From an uncultured delta proteobacterium (GTDB taxonomy: Bacteria; Desulfobacterota; Binatia; UBA9968): DNA of 64,000 bases. Shown one piece after another: positions 39,329 through 49,945 of the stretch (position 1 is its first letter; each line of letters begins with the position of its first letter). Location: the NCBI GenBank assembly GCA_963816145.1, contig CAWFJP010000002.1:96001-160000 (forward strand). The letters are read 5' to 3'. Both the position numbers and the translations under genes were made by a program. The notes under the pieces are model-generated. The model was given only the letters and a program-made list of their open reading frames with translations, did not search any database and had not been told where the DNA came from.

Positions 39329-40423
39329 TTATCCCAGCGCCGGATTGATCAAGGCTTTGGTCGGGAAGGTGCCGGGCACTTCGCCGCCAATCGAGCGGAT
39401 GCAATGCTCGATCTCTTTCAAGGGGAAGATATGGCTGACCATCTGTTCTACCGGGAACTTGGTTTCCTCGATAATCCGCAGCGCGGCTTCGGTGGCGTCG
39501 TTGTCGGCGGTGAAGCAACCTTGCAGTTTGATCTCGTTCCAGACCAGCTTGTCCATCAACATCGGCGTTACGGTGGTGTCGCCGGTCAAGCCGCCGAGCA
39601 CCATGGTCGATTGACGGTGCAGGCAGTCCACCGATTTCAAGATCGCATTTGGATTGCCCGACACGTCGACAACGACATCGCAGAGCTCGCCGTTGGTTTC
39701 CTTGCGGACCACTTCGACGACATCTTCTTCCTCGACGTTGATGACCCGCGTCGCACCGAATTTCTTGGCCAGATCGAGACGCGGCTTGTCGCGGCCGATG
39801 CCGCTGACGAAGATTTTCGCCGCACCGGCATGTTTGGAGGCGAAGGTGCAGGAAAGTCCTTGTTGGCCGGGTCCCTGGATGAGCACATAATCACCCATCT
39901 TCACGCCGCCGCGGCGGATCGCCCACTGAAAGCCGTTGGCCATCACCGAGCCGACCAGCGCCGCCGCTTCAGCGGAAAGGGATTCACCCACTTTGGTGCA
40001 CAGAACGTCGGGTGCCAAGTATAGGTAGTCGGCGAAGCCGCCGAACAGATGAGGCGGTTGGTCGCACTTGGTGCGACCGCCGTAGTTAGTGCGCTGGCGG
40101 CAAAAGCGTTGATTGTTGCGCCGGCAGTCGGCGCAGCGGCCGCAGCCGAGCGCGCCTTTGAGAATGACCCGGTCGCCTTCCTTGACATGGTGAATCGCCG
40201 CGGCGTTCTTGCCGAGCTTTTCGATCCGGCCGAGAATTTCATGGCCGAGGATGATCGGGTAGTCGACCTTGAGTTTGCCGTGCAGATATTTGACATCGGT
40301 GCCGCAGACACCGCCCATTTCAACTTTGATCAATCCGCCATCGGCGGGAATGTCCGGAATCGGATACTCGCGCAGTTCGAGTTTATCGGGACCGAGCAGT
40401 GTAGCGCCTCTTGAGCTTGCCAT
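39329..40423 (-). CDS. Zn-dependent alcohol dehydrogenase (MDR family)
   Basis: GVCGTD, GHE, CGRCADC...C, GPGQQG. Confidence 0.9.
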   Translation of the reverse strand: MASSRGATLLGPDKLELREYPIPDIPADGGLIKVEMGGVCGTDVKYLHGKLKVDYPIILGHEILGRIEKLGKNAAAIHHVKEGDRVILKGALGCGRCADCRRNNQRFCRQRTNYGGRTKCDQPPHLFGGFADYLYLAPDVLCTKVGESLSAEAAALVGSVMANGFQWAIRRGGVKMGDYVLIQGPGQQGLSCTFASKHAGAAKIFVSGIGRDKPRLDLAKKFGATRVINVEEEDVVEVVRKETNGELCDVVVDVSGNPNAILKSVDCLHRQSTMVLGGLTGDTTVTPMLMDKLVWNEIKLQGCFTADNDATEAALRIIEETKFPVEQMVSHIFPLKEIEHCIRSIGGEVPGTFPTKALINPALG

Positions 40424-40454
40424 GGTTCATCCTCCTTAAGATATGCCGCAAAGA

Positions 40455-41438
40455 CTATTTTACGTTGTATTCGCGCCCCAGCTTGTCGATGAAACCGCTA
40501 TCCTCTATCTCCTTGACGAGCGACATGTCGGCAAAATGTTCGGGATTCTCCTTCAGGACTTTGGGATCCTTCTTGCCCACTTCTTGGATCGGCAATTCAA
40601 AATATTCTTTTGACGGGTAGGGCTTGGTGGGAAAGTCGTATTCACGAAAATTTTCTTCGAGCACTTCACGATCCTGCAGTTTCATGTATTTTGCCAGCAC
40701 CTTGAGGCTGAATTCTTTGTTCGACTTGTAGAGGTGCACGCCTTCGATCATGGCTTTGGTGAAGTTGACCATATCCGCGCGCGACTTGGCGAGGTACGGC
40801 CGGCGAGCGACGAACATCAGACTGGAATACGGAATGTTGAGCTTGGATGCGTCGATCAACAAGGTCAAGCCTAGTTTGCGCGCTTGCAGGGTCATGGGCG
40901 GCGTCAACATGGCTGCGTCCGCGTTGTTGGTCTCCACCGCGACGATGCGGTTTGACTGATTGCCGACCTGCAACAGCGCGATGTCGACGTCCGGCCGCAG
41001 CCCTTCACGTTGAATCAAATATCTTGCCGCAAAATCGGCGTTGCTGCCGAACCGGCTAATGGCGACGCGCTTTACCTCCTTAAGGCTCTTGATGCCTTTT
41101 CTGACGTAGATCCGATTGTCCATGGTATTGCCGAGCCGCCCGAACATGACCAAATCTAGACCCGGCGTCGAAATGACCACCTGCGGCGAGAACATGCCTA
41201 CCTGAGCATCGCCGGAACTCAACGCGGCCGCCGCCGATGCGGCGCCCTGGATAAAAATCAACTGGACGTTGTTGCCATACTTTTCGAAAAGTTTGGCTTC
41301 CTTAGTTACCCATAGGGGGGCGAATTGACCGACTTCGCTAGTCCATACGACGTTGATGTTGGCAGCGGAGGTCGCTGTTGTATGCACGAGAGCGATGACA
41401 AAGACACTCAATTTGACGATTAATCGCATTATAGCCAT
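40455..41438 (-). CDS. NitT/TauT ABC substrate-binding protein
   Basis: Signal peptide, LFEKYG, SRFGSNAD, LVKEIEDSGFIDKL. Confidence 0.85.
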   Translation of the reverse strand: MAIMRLIVKLSVFVIALVHTTATSAANINVVWTSEVGQFAPLWVTKEAKLFEKYGNNVQLIFIQGAASAAAALSSGDAQVGMFSPQVVISTPGLDLVMFGRLGNTMDNRIYVRKGIKSLKEVKRVAISRFGSNADFAARYLIQREGLRPDVDIALLQVGNQSNRIVAVETNNADAAMLTPPMTLQARKLGLTLLIDASKLNIPYSSLMFVARRPYLAKSRADMVNFTKAMIEGVHLYKSNKEFSLKVLAKYMKLQDREVLEENFREYDFPTKPYPSKEYFELPIQEVGKKDPKVLKENPEHFADMSLVKEIEDSGFIDKLGREYNVK

Positions 41439-41524
41439 TGTGATCTCCTCTGAATTGAACTTGACCGGTTTGACCTTTCCCGTATACTTCCGAAGCGCAC
41501 TTATAATCAAGATGGTGGGGACAA

Positions 41525-42505
41525 ATGATTCGAGCAATTGCCTTCGTGTTGGCTTTGATCGGTGCAAGTGGATTGGCGTCCGCGCAATCCCTGACTCGAG
41601 TGATGTCCGGTTACGCCGCGACCTCCGGACCGCATGCGGTACTCTGGATCGCGCGCGATGCCGGTTTGTTCGAGAAAAATGGCTTGCGCACCGATGTTGC
41701 CTACATTCGTAGCGGCTCGACCATGGCGCAAACCCTGGTCTCCGGAGATATCCAAATGTCGCAGATGGGTGGGCCGGCGACGCTGGCAGCAGGCGTTGCC
41801 GGCATGGATGTGACATTTGTCGCGGTTGCCCTGAACACGACGCCGATCGTGATCATGGGAACGGTCTCAAAAATCGCAGAGTTGAAGGGCAAGGCAGTCG
41901 GAATCACGCGTTACGGCTCTAACACCGATATTTCTGCGCGCTACGCAATTCGCAAAGCTGGTCTTCAGCCGGAGAAAGATGTGGCACTGGTTCAGCTCGA
42001 AGATTACGCGGGTATTATGGGCGGCATCGCCTCGGGCCGCATTGCCGCGGGTGCCCTCGCCGATCCTTTTACCGATGCGGCGAAGAAACTTGGCTATAAG
42101 GAGATCGCCGACGTTGCAGCTATGGGCCTGGAATTCCCCTTTGTTGGGATCGCCGCTAAAAAATCATACATCAAAGACAATCTCGATACGGTGCAGCGTT
42201 TTGTGCGCGCTTACACCGAGGCGATAGCGATCTACAAGAACAATCGTGAGCTGGCGATGAAAATCACCGGCAAGTACACTGGCATTAAAGATCAGGCTAT
42301 CCTCGGATCGACTGTCGATTTTTATGCGCCGAAGTTACAGCGAGTGCCACTCGCCACCGTTGGCGGGCTGCGTTTCGTTCTCGACCAGGTCGCGGTGCGC
42401 GATCCGCGCGCCAAGAATTACACACCGGAGACTTTCATGGATATGCGCTTCGTCAAGCAGTTGGAAGATAGCGGTTTCATCAAGTCGCTCTATCCGAAGG
42501 GCTGA
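41525..42505 (+). CDS. NitT/TauT ABC substrate-binding protein
   Basis: Signal peptide, GLFEKNGL, ELKGK, TRYGSNTD, QLEDSGFIKSLY. Confidence 0.88.
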   Translation: MIRAIAFVLALIGASGLASAQSLTRVMSGYAATSGPHAVLWIARDAGLFEKNGLRTDVAYIRSGSTMAQTLVSGDIQMSQMGGPATLAAGVAGMDVTFVAVALNTTPIVIMGTVSKIAELKGKAVGITRYGSNTDISARYAIRKAGLQPEKDVALVQLEDYAGIMGGIASGRIAAGALADPFTDAAKKLGYKEIADVAAMGLEFPFVGIAAKKSYIKDNLDTVQRFVRAYTEAIAIYKNNRELAMKITGKYTGIKDQAILGSTVDFYAPKLQRVPLATVGGLRFVLDQVAVRDPRAKNYTPETFMDMRFVKQLEDSGFIKSLYPKG

Positions 42506-42529
42506 TTGCACTGCATCCAGTTATCTGTC

Positions 42530-43717
42530 CTACGAAAGCGCGACCTTATCCCGTGCCAGAAATAGGCTCGCGATAAATAGCGTACATAGAGCGACGGCCA
42601 TGATCGTTGGAATCAAGTAGTTGACGGAGGGTAGAATCGCCAGGACCACCAAGCCGATGCCCATCGCCGGCGGCACTTGAGATTTGACCAGGCTAAGCAA
42701 TAGCGCGCAGGGAACGATGAGTAGCGTGAGGTCGTGAGTGAATAGATGCGGGAGCCCAATCAGCAGGCCAAGGCAGTTCGCGATCCAACGGGTCGCGTGA
42801 TCATCGCGATGCTTAACCCCGCGCCAATTGACCCAAAGCAAAATTCCGACCACAATCGCGCTTAGGACCCACCAAGCCGCGGTATGCCAAGCTTGTGGTA
42901 ACCCGTAGATGACCAACACGCGTAAATTGTGCATGCCACGCCATTGATTCCACCAATCGCTATCCGCGGTTACCATCCGCCGTGCCAGCTCAAAATACTG
43001 CGCTGAAGCGGCGAAACCGATCCAGAGAAACAGGCCGATTATGAATAGCGTGCCGACGGCCGCGCCGACGAAAAATTCGCGCCAGCGCTGCCGCACCAGC
43101 ATGATCAAATGGGGGATTGCGAGATATTGTGGCTTGATACAGAGTAATCCCGCCCAAACTCCTGCAACTGGACGCTCTGCTTGCCTCTGAGCGAGCACAT
43201 GGTGCGTTAGAAAAAACAGGACAATGGCCGATGTTTGACCGTAGAAGACGACGCCGTGGACGGCATAACTACAGAGTGTGAATAACAGCAGCCAATGAGA
43301 TTGATCGGTGGATAGATTCAAACCGCGAATCAACAATCGCAAGCTCTGCCCGATCAGCAGCAGATTCACCAGCGTCATGATCAAGAATGCGGTGGAGAAA
43401 TTGAACAGCGCCAGGGGTGCGAGAAACGCCGCGGTAATCGGCGGATAAACGAAAGGTAATACCTTTTCCACCGGCGCGATGCGGTTTTGATAGGCTTGTT
43501 GGCGATCGAGATCGTAGAGCGATTGGCGATCGTCCCAGATCAGTTGCGCAGCCGCGTAGAAGGTGACGAAGTCGGCAACGCAGTTGTCGGTGCTGCACTT
43601 GGGAACATGATGGGTATAGATGTTCCACCAGTTAATGCTCATCAGGAAGGCTAGACCCACGCCGACGCCAACAAGGGTCGCCTTGATGCGGTTGACTTGA
43701 CTTGTGCTCGCCATCAT
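42530..43717 (-). CDS. GT87 / DUF2029 membrane glycosyltransferase
   Basis: DFVTFYAAA, FVYPP, GQTS, IKPQ, HD; multiple TM helices. Confidence 0.8.
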   Translation of the reverse strand: MMASTSQVNRIKATLVGVGVGLAFLMSINWWNIYTHHVPKCSTDNCVADFVTFYAAAQLIWDDRQSLYDLDRQQAYQNRIAPVEKVLPFVYPPITAAFLAPLALFNFSTAFLIMTLVNLLLIGQSLRLLIRGLNLSTDQSHWLLLFTLCSYAVHGVVFYGQTSAIVLFFLTHHVLAQRQAERPVAGVWAGLLCIKPQYLAIPHLIMLVRQRWREFFVGAAVGTLFIIGLFLWIGFAASAQYFELARRMVTADSDWWNQWRGMHNLRVLVIYGLPQAWHTAAWWVLSAIVVGILLWVNWRGVKHRDDHATRWIANCLGLLIGLPHLFTHDLTLLIVPCALLLSLVKSQVPPAMGIGLVVLAILPSVNYLIPTIMAVALCTLFIASLFLARDKVALS

Positions 43718-43770
43718 TGGGACTCGGACAAATTCTTGGCGATCGATGAGCGTGATTCGCTCGGCTGTTG

Positions 43771-44265
43771 TCAGCCTTGGGCTAACGCCAATCCAAGTAG
43801 CACCGCCACCGGGCCGAGTCCGGCGTTGAGTTTGAGGAGCATGAACCAGCGGCGCCAGTCGCTCAGCAATGGCTCTGGCCAGACCGTTGCGCTGGGGTTA
43901 ATTGCTGCGGTTTGTCGGGCGATGCTCGGTGCGTATTTGAAAACTTGCAGACAATGATGAACCGTCATGGCCAGGAACACGAAGAGTTTGCCGCCAAGCA
44001 GGATCATGTAGGCGTTGCCCGGCGCGGCGGCAATGGGGTCGCGCAGCGCGAGATTGGCGATGCCCGTGACAAACAGCAGGCCGATGCCGATCCATGAAAT
44101 CGTTTCGAGGCCGATGCGGCCGCGGTCCATGGTGCGGATGGCGATGCTCGGGTCCATGTCATGCACCGCCGGCCCCATGACGACTAGAAAAAAAACCATG
44201 GCGCCAATCCACATCGCGAAGGCGACTAGGTGCAAAAATAAGCTCACCGTGTGCCAGGTAGTCAT
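43771..44265 (-). CDS. CopD/DUF4149-like membrane protein
   Basis: LHLVAFAMWIG, LFVTGIANL, K...HH; four TM helices. Confidence 0.6.
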   Translation of the reverse strand: MTTWHTVSLFLHLVAFAMWIGAMVFFLVVMGPAVHDMDPSIAIRTMDRGRIGLETISWIGIGLLFVTGIANLALRDPIAAAPGNAYMILLGGKLFVFLAMTVHHCLQVFKYAPSIARQTAAINPSATVWPEPLLSDWRRWFMLLKLNAGLGPVAVLLGLALAQG

Positions 44266-44412
44266 GATGAAAGTTTGAACAAACGCAACTTTGTCAGTAC
44301 CATCGGCGCCAAACCATTGCAAATCTCTGGCTATACTTCTTGAAATGGCGCTATCGCTATGTTAGCTAGAACCTAGTTTTTTTCTTACAACTTCCAAATA
44401 TAACAAGGATGG

Positions 44413-45087
44413 TTGGATAAAATGATGCAGTGGTTGCCGGAGAATGTGTCGACGTTCGGAGCTGAGATCGACTCACTTTTTTATCTGATCTATTACATCA
44501 CCGCGGTGGTTTTCGTTTTGGTTACCGTGTTGATGGTTTTGTTCCTAGTCATGTATCGCGACACCGGCGCCCGGCGCGCCACTTACAGCCATGGCAATAC
44601 CACGCTGGAAATCATTTGGACGATCATTCCCGCGGCGATTTTGATCGTGTTGTCGTTCATGAGCGTCAATACTTGGGCGAAGGTGAAACGGCATGCTCCG
44701 GAAAGCGACTTCGAAATCGCGGTGGCGGCCAAGCAATTTAACTGGGAAGTTTCTTACGCCGGTCCCGATGGCAAGCTTGGCACCGACGATGACGTGAAGT
44801 TCGATAACGATATTCACGTGCCGGTCAATAAGCCGATTCGAGTGCAGCTCTCTTCAAAAGACGTCATTCATAGTTTCTTTCTGCCCAGCTTTCGTCTCAA
44901 GCAGGACGCGGTTCCAGGCCGAACCATTTTGGTTTGGTTCGAAGCGACCAAGACCGGCAAGTATGAGTTGCCCTGCGCGGAGCTTTGCGGTTTCGGTCAT
45001 TCGGGCATGAAAGGTTGGCTCTACGTGCACACACCCGACGAATACAAGAAATGGGCAGACGAAACACTTGCGCCCAAGCCGCAGTAA
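44413..45087 (+). CDS. ctaC: Cytochrome c oxidase subunit II
   Basis: LEIIWTIIP, DVIHSF, DAVPG, CuA motif CAELCGFGHSGM. Confidence 0.95.
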   Translation: MDKMMQWLPENVSTFGAEIDSLFYLIYYITAVVFVLVTVLMVLFLVMYRDTGARRATYSHGNTTLEIIWTIIPAAILIVLSFMSVNTWAKVKRHAPESDFEIAVAAKQFNWEVSYAGPDGKLGTDDDVKFDNDIHVPVNKPIRVQLSSKDVIHSFFLPSFRLKQDAVPGRTILVWFEATKTGKYELPCAELCGFGHSGMKGWLYVHTPDEYKKWADETLAPKPQ

Positions 45088-45140
45088 ACAGCCATTCATC
45101 ATTAGAGTTCGTACGACTGCGCTAACGGAGGATATTTAGG

Positions 45141-46901
45141 ATGAGCGATACAGCAGCCGCGCACCCCGCGCAGGCCCATCATCAGGAATTAGGTTTCATT
45201 CGAACCTATATTTTCTCTCTCGACCACAAAATGATTGGCCGACAGTTTCTGTTTCAGGGGCTGTTTATGATTGTTGTCGGCGCCTTGCTGGCGATGCTGG
45301 TGCGCTGGCAGCTGGCCTGGCCGGAAACTCCCGTTCCGGGGCTCGGCTTTATCTCTGAACCTTATATTTATCCGGGTCCGAACGGTGGCGGCATTATTCC
45401 GCCGCAAACCTACAATGCGCTTTTCACCATGCATGCGACGATCATGATCTTCTTCGTGGTCATGCCGATCATGATTGGTACGTTCGGGAATTTTCTAATT
45501 CCGCTGATGATTGGCGCCGGAGATATGGCTTTCCCGAAGCTCAACATGCTTTCCTTTTGGGTCGCCTTCGTGTCCGGTATTGTAATGTTGTCGAGTTTCT
45601 TCGTTCCCGGTGGACCGGCGGCAGGCGGCTGGACTAGTTATGCGACCCTGTCGGCACGAGCGCAGTATACGGGCGTCGATTTAGGGCAGAACTTGTGGAT
45701 CATTGCGTTGCTCATCAACGGTGTTTCCTCGCTGATGGGCGCGATCAACTACATCACGACGATTGTGAATATGCGCGCCCCGGGCATGCACTACTTTCGC
45801 ATGCCGTTGACGGTCTGGTCGCTATTTATCACCGCCGTACTTTTGCTATTGGCGCTGCCAGTTTTGACCGCGGCGTTGGCAATGTTGTTGTTCGATCGGG
45901 TCGCCGGCACCAGCTTTTTTCTTCCTGAAGGCGGCGGCGAACCGCTGCTCTGGCAGCATATGTTCTGGTTCTTTGGTCATCCGGAGGTTTATATTCTGGT
46001 TTTGCCGGCGATGGGAGTGACGTCCGACTTGCTCTCGACTTTTTCGCGCAAGCCGGTGTTTGGCTATCACGCCATGGCCTTTTCTATGATTGCGATCGCA
46101 TTTCTCTCGTGGGTCGTTTGGGGCCATCATATGTTCATCAGTGGCATGAACCCGCTGCTTGGTACGGCCTTCATGATGACGACCATGGTCATCGCGATTC
46201 CGTCCGCGATCAAAGTCTTCAACTGGCTCGGCACGCTGTGGGGCGGTACGATTCGCTTGACGGTGCCGATGCTCTTTGCCTTGGGTTTTGTCTCGAACTT
46301 TCTGATCGGCGGTCTCAGCGGTATCTTCATGGCTTCGACGCCGGTCGATATCTTCATCCACGATACCTATTATATTGTCGCCCATTTTCATTACGTCGTC
46401 GCCGGCATCGTGTTCGCTTTGTTCGCGGCGGTTTATTATTGGTTCCCGAAAATGTTTGGCCGTATGATGAACACCGGGTTGGGCAAGGTTCACTTCGTCT
46501 TGACCTACATATTCTTCAACGGTGCGTTTTTCCCGATGCATTTCTTGGGCGTCGCGGGCCATATGCGGCGCATTTATAACCCGACCCAGTATGAATTTCT
46601 CCAGCCGATGCAGCACTGGAATGTTTTCATTACGGTCAGTGCTTTGCTTTTGGGTGCGTCACAAATTTTCTTTGTCGTCAACTTTTTCTGGAGTTTGTTC
46701 GCCGGCAAGAAGGCCGAACAGAACCCCTGGCAGGCCAACACTTTGGAATGGACGGCACCGACGCCGCCGCCGCATGGTAACTTCTTGACTCAACCGATTG
46801 TTTACCGCGGCGCGTATGAATACAGCTCGCCCGAAGTGAAAGAGGACTGGTTGCCGCAGGATAAGAATCTAGGCGCGAGCGCCGCCACGCGGGCGCATTA
46901 G
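45141..46901 (+). CDS. ctaD: Cytochrome c oxidase subunit I (A1 type)
   Basis: DHKMIG, TMHAT, DMAFP, GWTSY, WFFGHPEVYI, VWGHHM, HDTYYIVAHFH. Confidence 0.97.
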   Translation: MSDTAAAHPAQAHHQELGFIRTYIFSLDHKMIGRQFLFQGLFMIVVGALLAMLVRWQLAWPETPVPGLGFISEPYIYPGPNGGGIIPPQTYNALFTMHATIMIFFVVMPIMIGTFGNFLIPLMIGAGDMAFPKLNMLSFWVAFVSGIVMLSSFFVPGGPAAGGWTSYATLSARAQYTGVDLGQNLWIIALLINGVSSLMGAINYITTIVNMRAPGMHYFRMPLTVWSLFITAVLLLLALPVLTAALAMLLFDRVAGTSFFLPEGGGEPLLWQHMFWFFGHPEVYILVLPAMGVTSDLLSTFSRKPVFGYHAMAFSMIAIAFLSWVVWGHHMFISGMNPLLGTAFMMTTMVIAIPSAIKVFNWLGTLWGGTIRLTVPMLFALGFVSNFLIGGLSGIFMASTPVDIFIHDTYYIVAHFHYVVAGIVFALFAAVYYWFPKMFGRMMNTGLGKVHFVLTYIFFNGAFFPMHFLGVAGHMRRIYNPTQYEFLQPMQHWNVFITVSALLLGASQIFFVVNFFWSLFAGKKAEQNPWQANTLEWTAPTPPPHGNFLTQPIVYRGAYEYSSPEVKEDWLPQDKNLGASAATRAH

Positions 46902-46903
46902 GC

Positions 46904-46987
46904 AAAAGTCGGAAAAATGAAGGCGAAAAGATGAAGTCCGAATCGGAGCGGGTGAACTCATCCTTCACCCCTAGTCCTTCGTCCTTT
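46904..46987. repeat. Degenerate AAGGATG-family palindrome overlapping the ctaA start
   Basis: AAAAATG AAGGCGA AAAGATG AA ... CTCATCC TTCACCC CTAGTCC TTCGTCC TTT. Confidence 0.6.
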
Positions 46988-47899
46988 TCCCTCTGGCCGC
47001 ACCGGCTCGCGCTGTTGCTCGCCTGTGCGACCTTCCCACTGCTGTTTATCGGCGGTCTAGTCACCAGCCTGGGGGCCGGGCTGGCGGTTCCGGACTGGCC
47101 GACGACTTTTGGCTACAACATGTTTTTTTATCCCTGGTCGAAAATGATCGGCGGGATTTTCTATGAACACAGCCATCGCCTGATCGCATCTTTGGTTGGT
47201 TTGATCACCATCGCGCTCGCCTGGACGTTTTGGACTAAGGAGAAGCGCGAATGGCTACGATGGCTTGGTGTCGCAGCGCTCGGACTGGTGGTCGTTCAAG
47301 GCGTGCTCGGCGGCCTGCGCGTGGTTTTGCTGCAACAGACCTTGGCGATCATTCACGCTTGCACGGCGCAGGCGTTTTTCGCTCTCGCGGTAAGCCTCGC
47401 GCTATTTAGCTCCACCGAATGGCGCGCACCGGTGAGGGAAAAGCGGATCGCCGATGGCGGCCGCTTGCGCCGGCTAGCGACCATTACCACCGCTATGATC
47501 TATCTGCAGATCGCTTTCGGCGCGGTGCTGCGCCATACGGGCGAGCGCATTGATGCCCATTTGGTGTTCGCGGCTCTGGTCGCGCTGCATGTGGTTTTGC
47601 TCGTGGTCCGCACCGTGCGCCTGCATGCGGACCATGCGAAACTGCTGCGCCCGGCTTATTTATTAACCGCGCTGTTGGCGCTCCAACTGATTCTTGGCAG
47701 CGCATCGTATTTCAGTAAGTTTAGCGTCGTGCTACGCTGGCCCTACGAAATAATCGTCTTGACGACCACGACGCATTTGATCGTCGGTGCTTTGATGTTA
47801 GTCTCCAGTTTAGTTTTCACCATGAGAGCCTATCGCTTCTCCGCTTCAGTGTCAGACTCGCTTAACGCGAAGGTGCTAACGGAGCAGTTTTCCGTATGA
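46931..47899 (+). CDS. ctaA: Heme A synthase (COX15/CtaA family)
   Basis: GGLVTSLGAGLAVPDWP, EHSHRL, QGVLGG, IHA. Confidence 0.88.
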   Translation: MKSESERVNSSFTPSPSSFSLWPHRLALLLACATFPLLFIGGLVTSLGAGLAVPDWPTTFGYNMFFYPWSKMIGGIFYEHSHRLIASLVGLITIALAWTFWTKEKREWLRWLGVAALGLVVVQGVLGGLRVVLLQQTLAIIHACTAQAFFALAVSLALFSSTEWRAPVREKRIADGGRLRRLATITTAMIYLQIAFGAVLRHTGERIDAHLVFAALVALHVVLLVVRTVRLHADHAKLLRPAYLLTALLALQLILGSASYFSKFSVVLRWPYEIIVLTTTTHLIVGALMLVSSLVFTMRAYRFSASVSDSLNAKVLTEQFSV

Positions 47900-48801
47900 A
47901 TTCCCCTACAAATACCGCGGCGCTCACCAATGCCGGCGCGCTGCGGCGCGTGGCTGATTTTATTGAATTGGCCAAGCCCCGAGTGGTGCTGATGGTGTTG
48001 ATCACCACGTTTGTCGGATTCTATCTGGGCTCGGCAGACGTGCCGAACTATCTGCGTTTGCTGCAAACGTTGTTCGGCACAGCGCTGACAGCCGGCGGCA
48101 CGCTCGCGCTCAATCAGTACATCGAGCGCGACACCGATGCGTTGATGGATCGAACCAGGCGCCGACCGCTGCCCGATGGGCGCGTGCAACCGGGCGAAGC
48201 GTTGTGGTTTGGCATCACCATCGCATTGGCGGGCCTTATTTATCTCGCTCTCGCGGTGAATTTTCTCAGCGCCCTGGTCACGGCTTTCATTACGCTCAGC
48301 TATCTGGTTCTTTATACGCCGATGAAGCCCCGTAGCTCGTTATGTATGCTGGTCGGTGCCGTGCCGGGTGCGTTGCCACCCGTGATCGGCTGGGTCGCGG
48401 CGCGCGGCAGCATGGACAACGCGGCGTGGGTGCTCTTTGCCATCATGTTTCTTTGGCAAGTGCCGCACACGCTGGCGATCGCAAGGTTGTATTGCGAAGA
48501 TTACGCCAAAGCCGGAATCCAATTTTTGCCGGTGATCGAACCCGATGGCGAAAGCACCAATCGGCAGATTGTCAGCCACTCGGCGGCGTTGCTTGCCGTC
48601 AGTCTACTGCCCACGCTGCTCGGTTCCGCGGGGCCGTTTTACTTCGTCGTGGCGTTCGTCCTCGGCGTGGTTTTTTTGTCCTACGGCATTCGTCTCGTGC
48701 TTCAATCGACGCGCCAGCGGGCGCGCCAACTGCTTTTTGCGTCGCTAATTTATTTGCCGGTGCTGTTATTGGTGATGGCACTCGACCGCATACCGTTATG
48801 A
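47896..48801 (+). CDS. ctaB: Protoheme IX farnesyltransferase (heme O synthase)
   Basis: KPRV, NQYIERDTDALMDRTRRRPLP, YTPMK, GALPP, WQVPH, EDY. Confidence 0.95.
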   Translation: MNSPTNTAALTNAGALRRVADFIELAKPRVVLMVLITTFVGFYLGSADVPNYLRLLQTLFGTALTAGGTLALNQYIERDTDALMDRTRRRPLPDGRVQPGEALWFGITIALAGLIYLALAVNFLSALVTAFITLSYLVLYTPMKPRSSLCMLVGAVPGALPPVIGWVAARGSMDNAAWVLFAIMFLWQVPHTLAIARLYCEDYAKAGIQFLPVIEPDGESTNRQIVSHSAALLAVSLLPTLLGSAGPFYFVVAFVLGVVFLSYGIRLVLQSTRQRARQLLFASLIYLPVLLLVMALDRIPL

Positions 48802-48926
48802 TTTCTGCACTGACAATGGACAGGCACGATGGCTCGCAGAAACGGAATCTGCGTCTAGGTTTGGCGTTGGGCTTATTGGCCCTGCTTTATGTCGCCGCTG
48901 TGATCGCATTTCTTGTTATCTATTGA
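48798..48926 (+). CDS. Small single-TM protein (CoxF-like), 42 aa
   Basis: ATGA overlap with the ctaB stop; MISALTMDRHDGSQKRNLRLGLALGLLALLYVAAVIAFLVIY. Confidence 0.6.
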   Translation: MISALTMDRHDGSQKRNLRLGLALGLLALLYVAAVIAFLVIY

Positions 48927-48938
48927 ACGGAAACCATT

Positions 48939-49602
48939 GTGGCCAAGGATTCCACCGCAAGAGTTTTGCCCGAGTTTGAGCCGCCGGTAGCGCCGCGCAA
49001 GAATCAGTTTGGCGGTGGTGATCTGCCGCCGCCGGCGCGGTCGAGCGTTCCGGTCGGCGCCAATGCGTGGTTGGCGGTGGTGATGTTCCTTGGCGCCGAG
49101 GCGATGTTCTTTGCCGGTTTGATCGGTGCCTATCTGGTGTTTCGCGTCGGTGCGGCGATCTGGCCACCGCCGTTTCAGCCGCGTCTGCCGGTGATCGTCA
49201 CCGGCATAAACACCGCTGATCCTGCTTTCAAGCGCGCTGACGATGCGCTTGGCGATCCATGCAGTTCGCCGTGCCGATCGTTCGAAATTGGTGCGATTTA
49301 TCGGTGTCACGGCGCTGCTCGGAGTGATTTTTCTCGCGGTGCAAGGATATGAGTGGTTGGAGCTGATTCACTTCGGCTTGACGGTGTCGAGCAGTGTCTA
49401 TGGCGGACTTTTTTATACTCTGATTGGTTTTCATGCTGTACACGTCTTGGGTGCTTTAGTCTGGCTCGGTGTCGTGTTTCACTTAGCGCGCAACGGCCGT
49501 TACTCGAAGGCCAACCATGTGGGCTTGCAAACTTGCGCTATGTATTGGACGTTTGTGGTCGGGTTGTGGCCGATTCTCTACGGTTTGGTTTATCTCTACT
49601 GA
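48939..49602 (+). CDS. ctaE: Cytochrome c oxidase subunit III-like, copy 1, frameshifted near 49215
   Basis: FLGAEAMFFAGL...INT, then next frame QGYEW, GFHAVHV, YWTFV. Confidence 0.8.
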
Positions 49603-49657
49603 GGCAGTTTGGTTGACAGGGGAAACCCCATAGGCTAATTTTTGACTACGGTGAATT

Positions 49658-49945
49658 ATGAAAATTAAAAATTGTCTTGGTCTGTTCAGCGTTGCCGCCG
49701 TTTTGTTTGCCTCGCAGGTGATCGCGCATGCCTGTTCGGTGTGCTTGACCGGGGCCAACGATCCGACTGCGGACGCGTTCAATGCCAGTGTGTTGTTTTT
49801 GATGGCGACGCCCTATGCGGTCGTCGGCTCCATCGGCGGCGGGCTCTTCTACGCCTACCGGCGCAAGCTCGCTAAACCTGAGCCGGAACCGATCGAACAG
49901 CCAGTCGTGCAATTGCGATTGAATCAGGAGGAAGTGGGCAGATGA
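49658..49945 (+). CDS. Small exported CxxC membrane protein in the cox operon
   Basis: Signal peptide ending AHA-CSVC, one TM helix; ATGA overlap with next gene. Confidence 0.7.
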   Translation: MKIKNCLGLFSVAAVLFASQVIAHACSVCLTGANDPTADAFNASVLFLMATPYAVVGSIGGGLFYAYRRKLAKPEPEPIEQPVVQLRLNQEEVGR

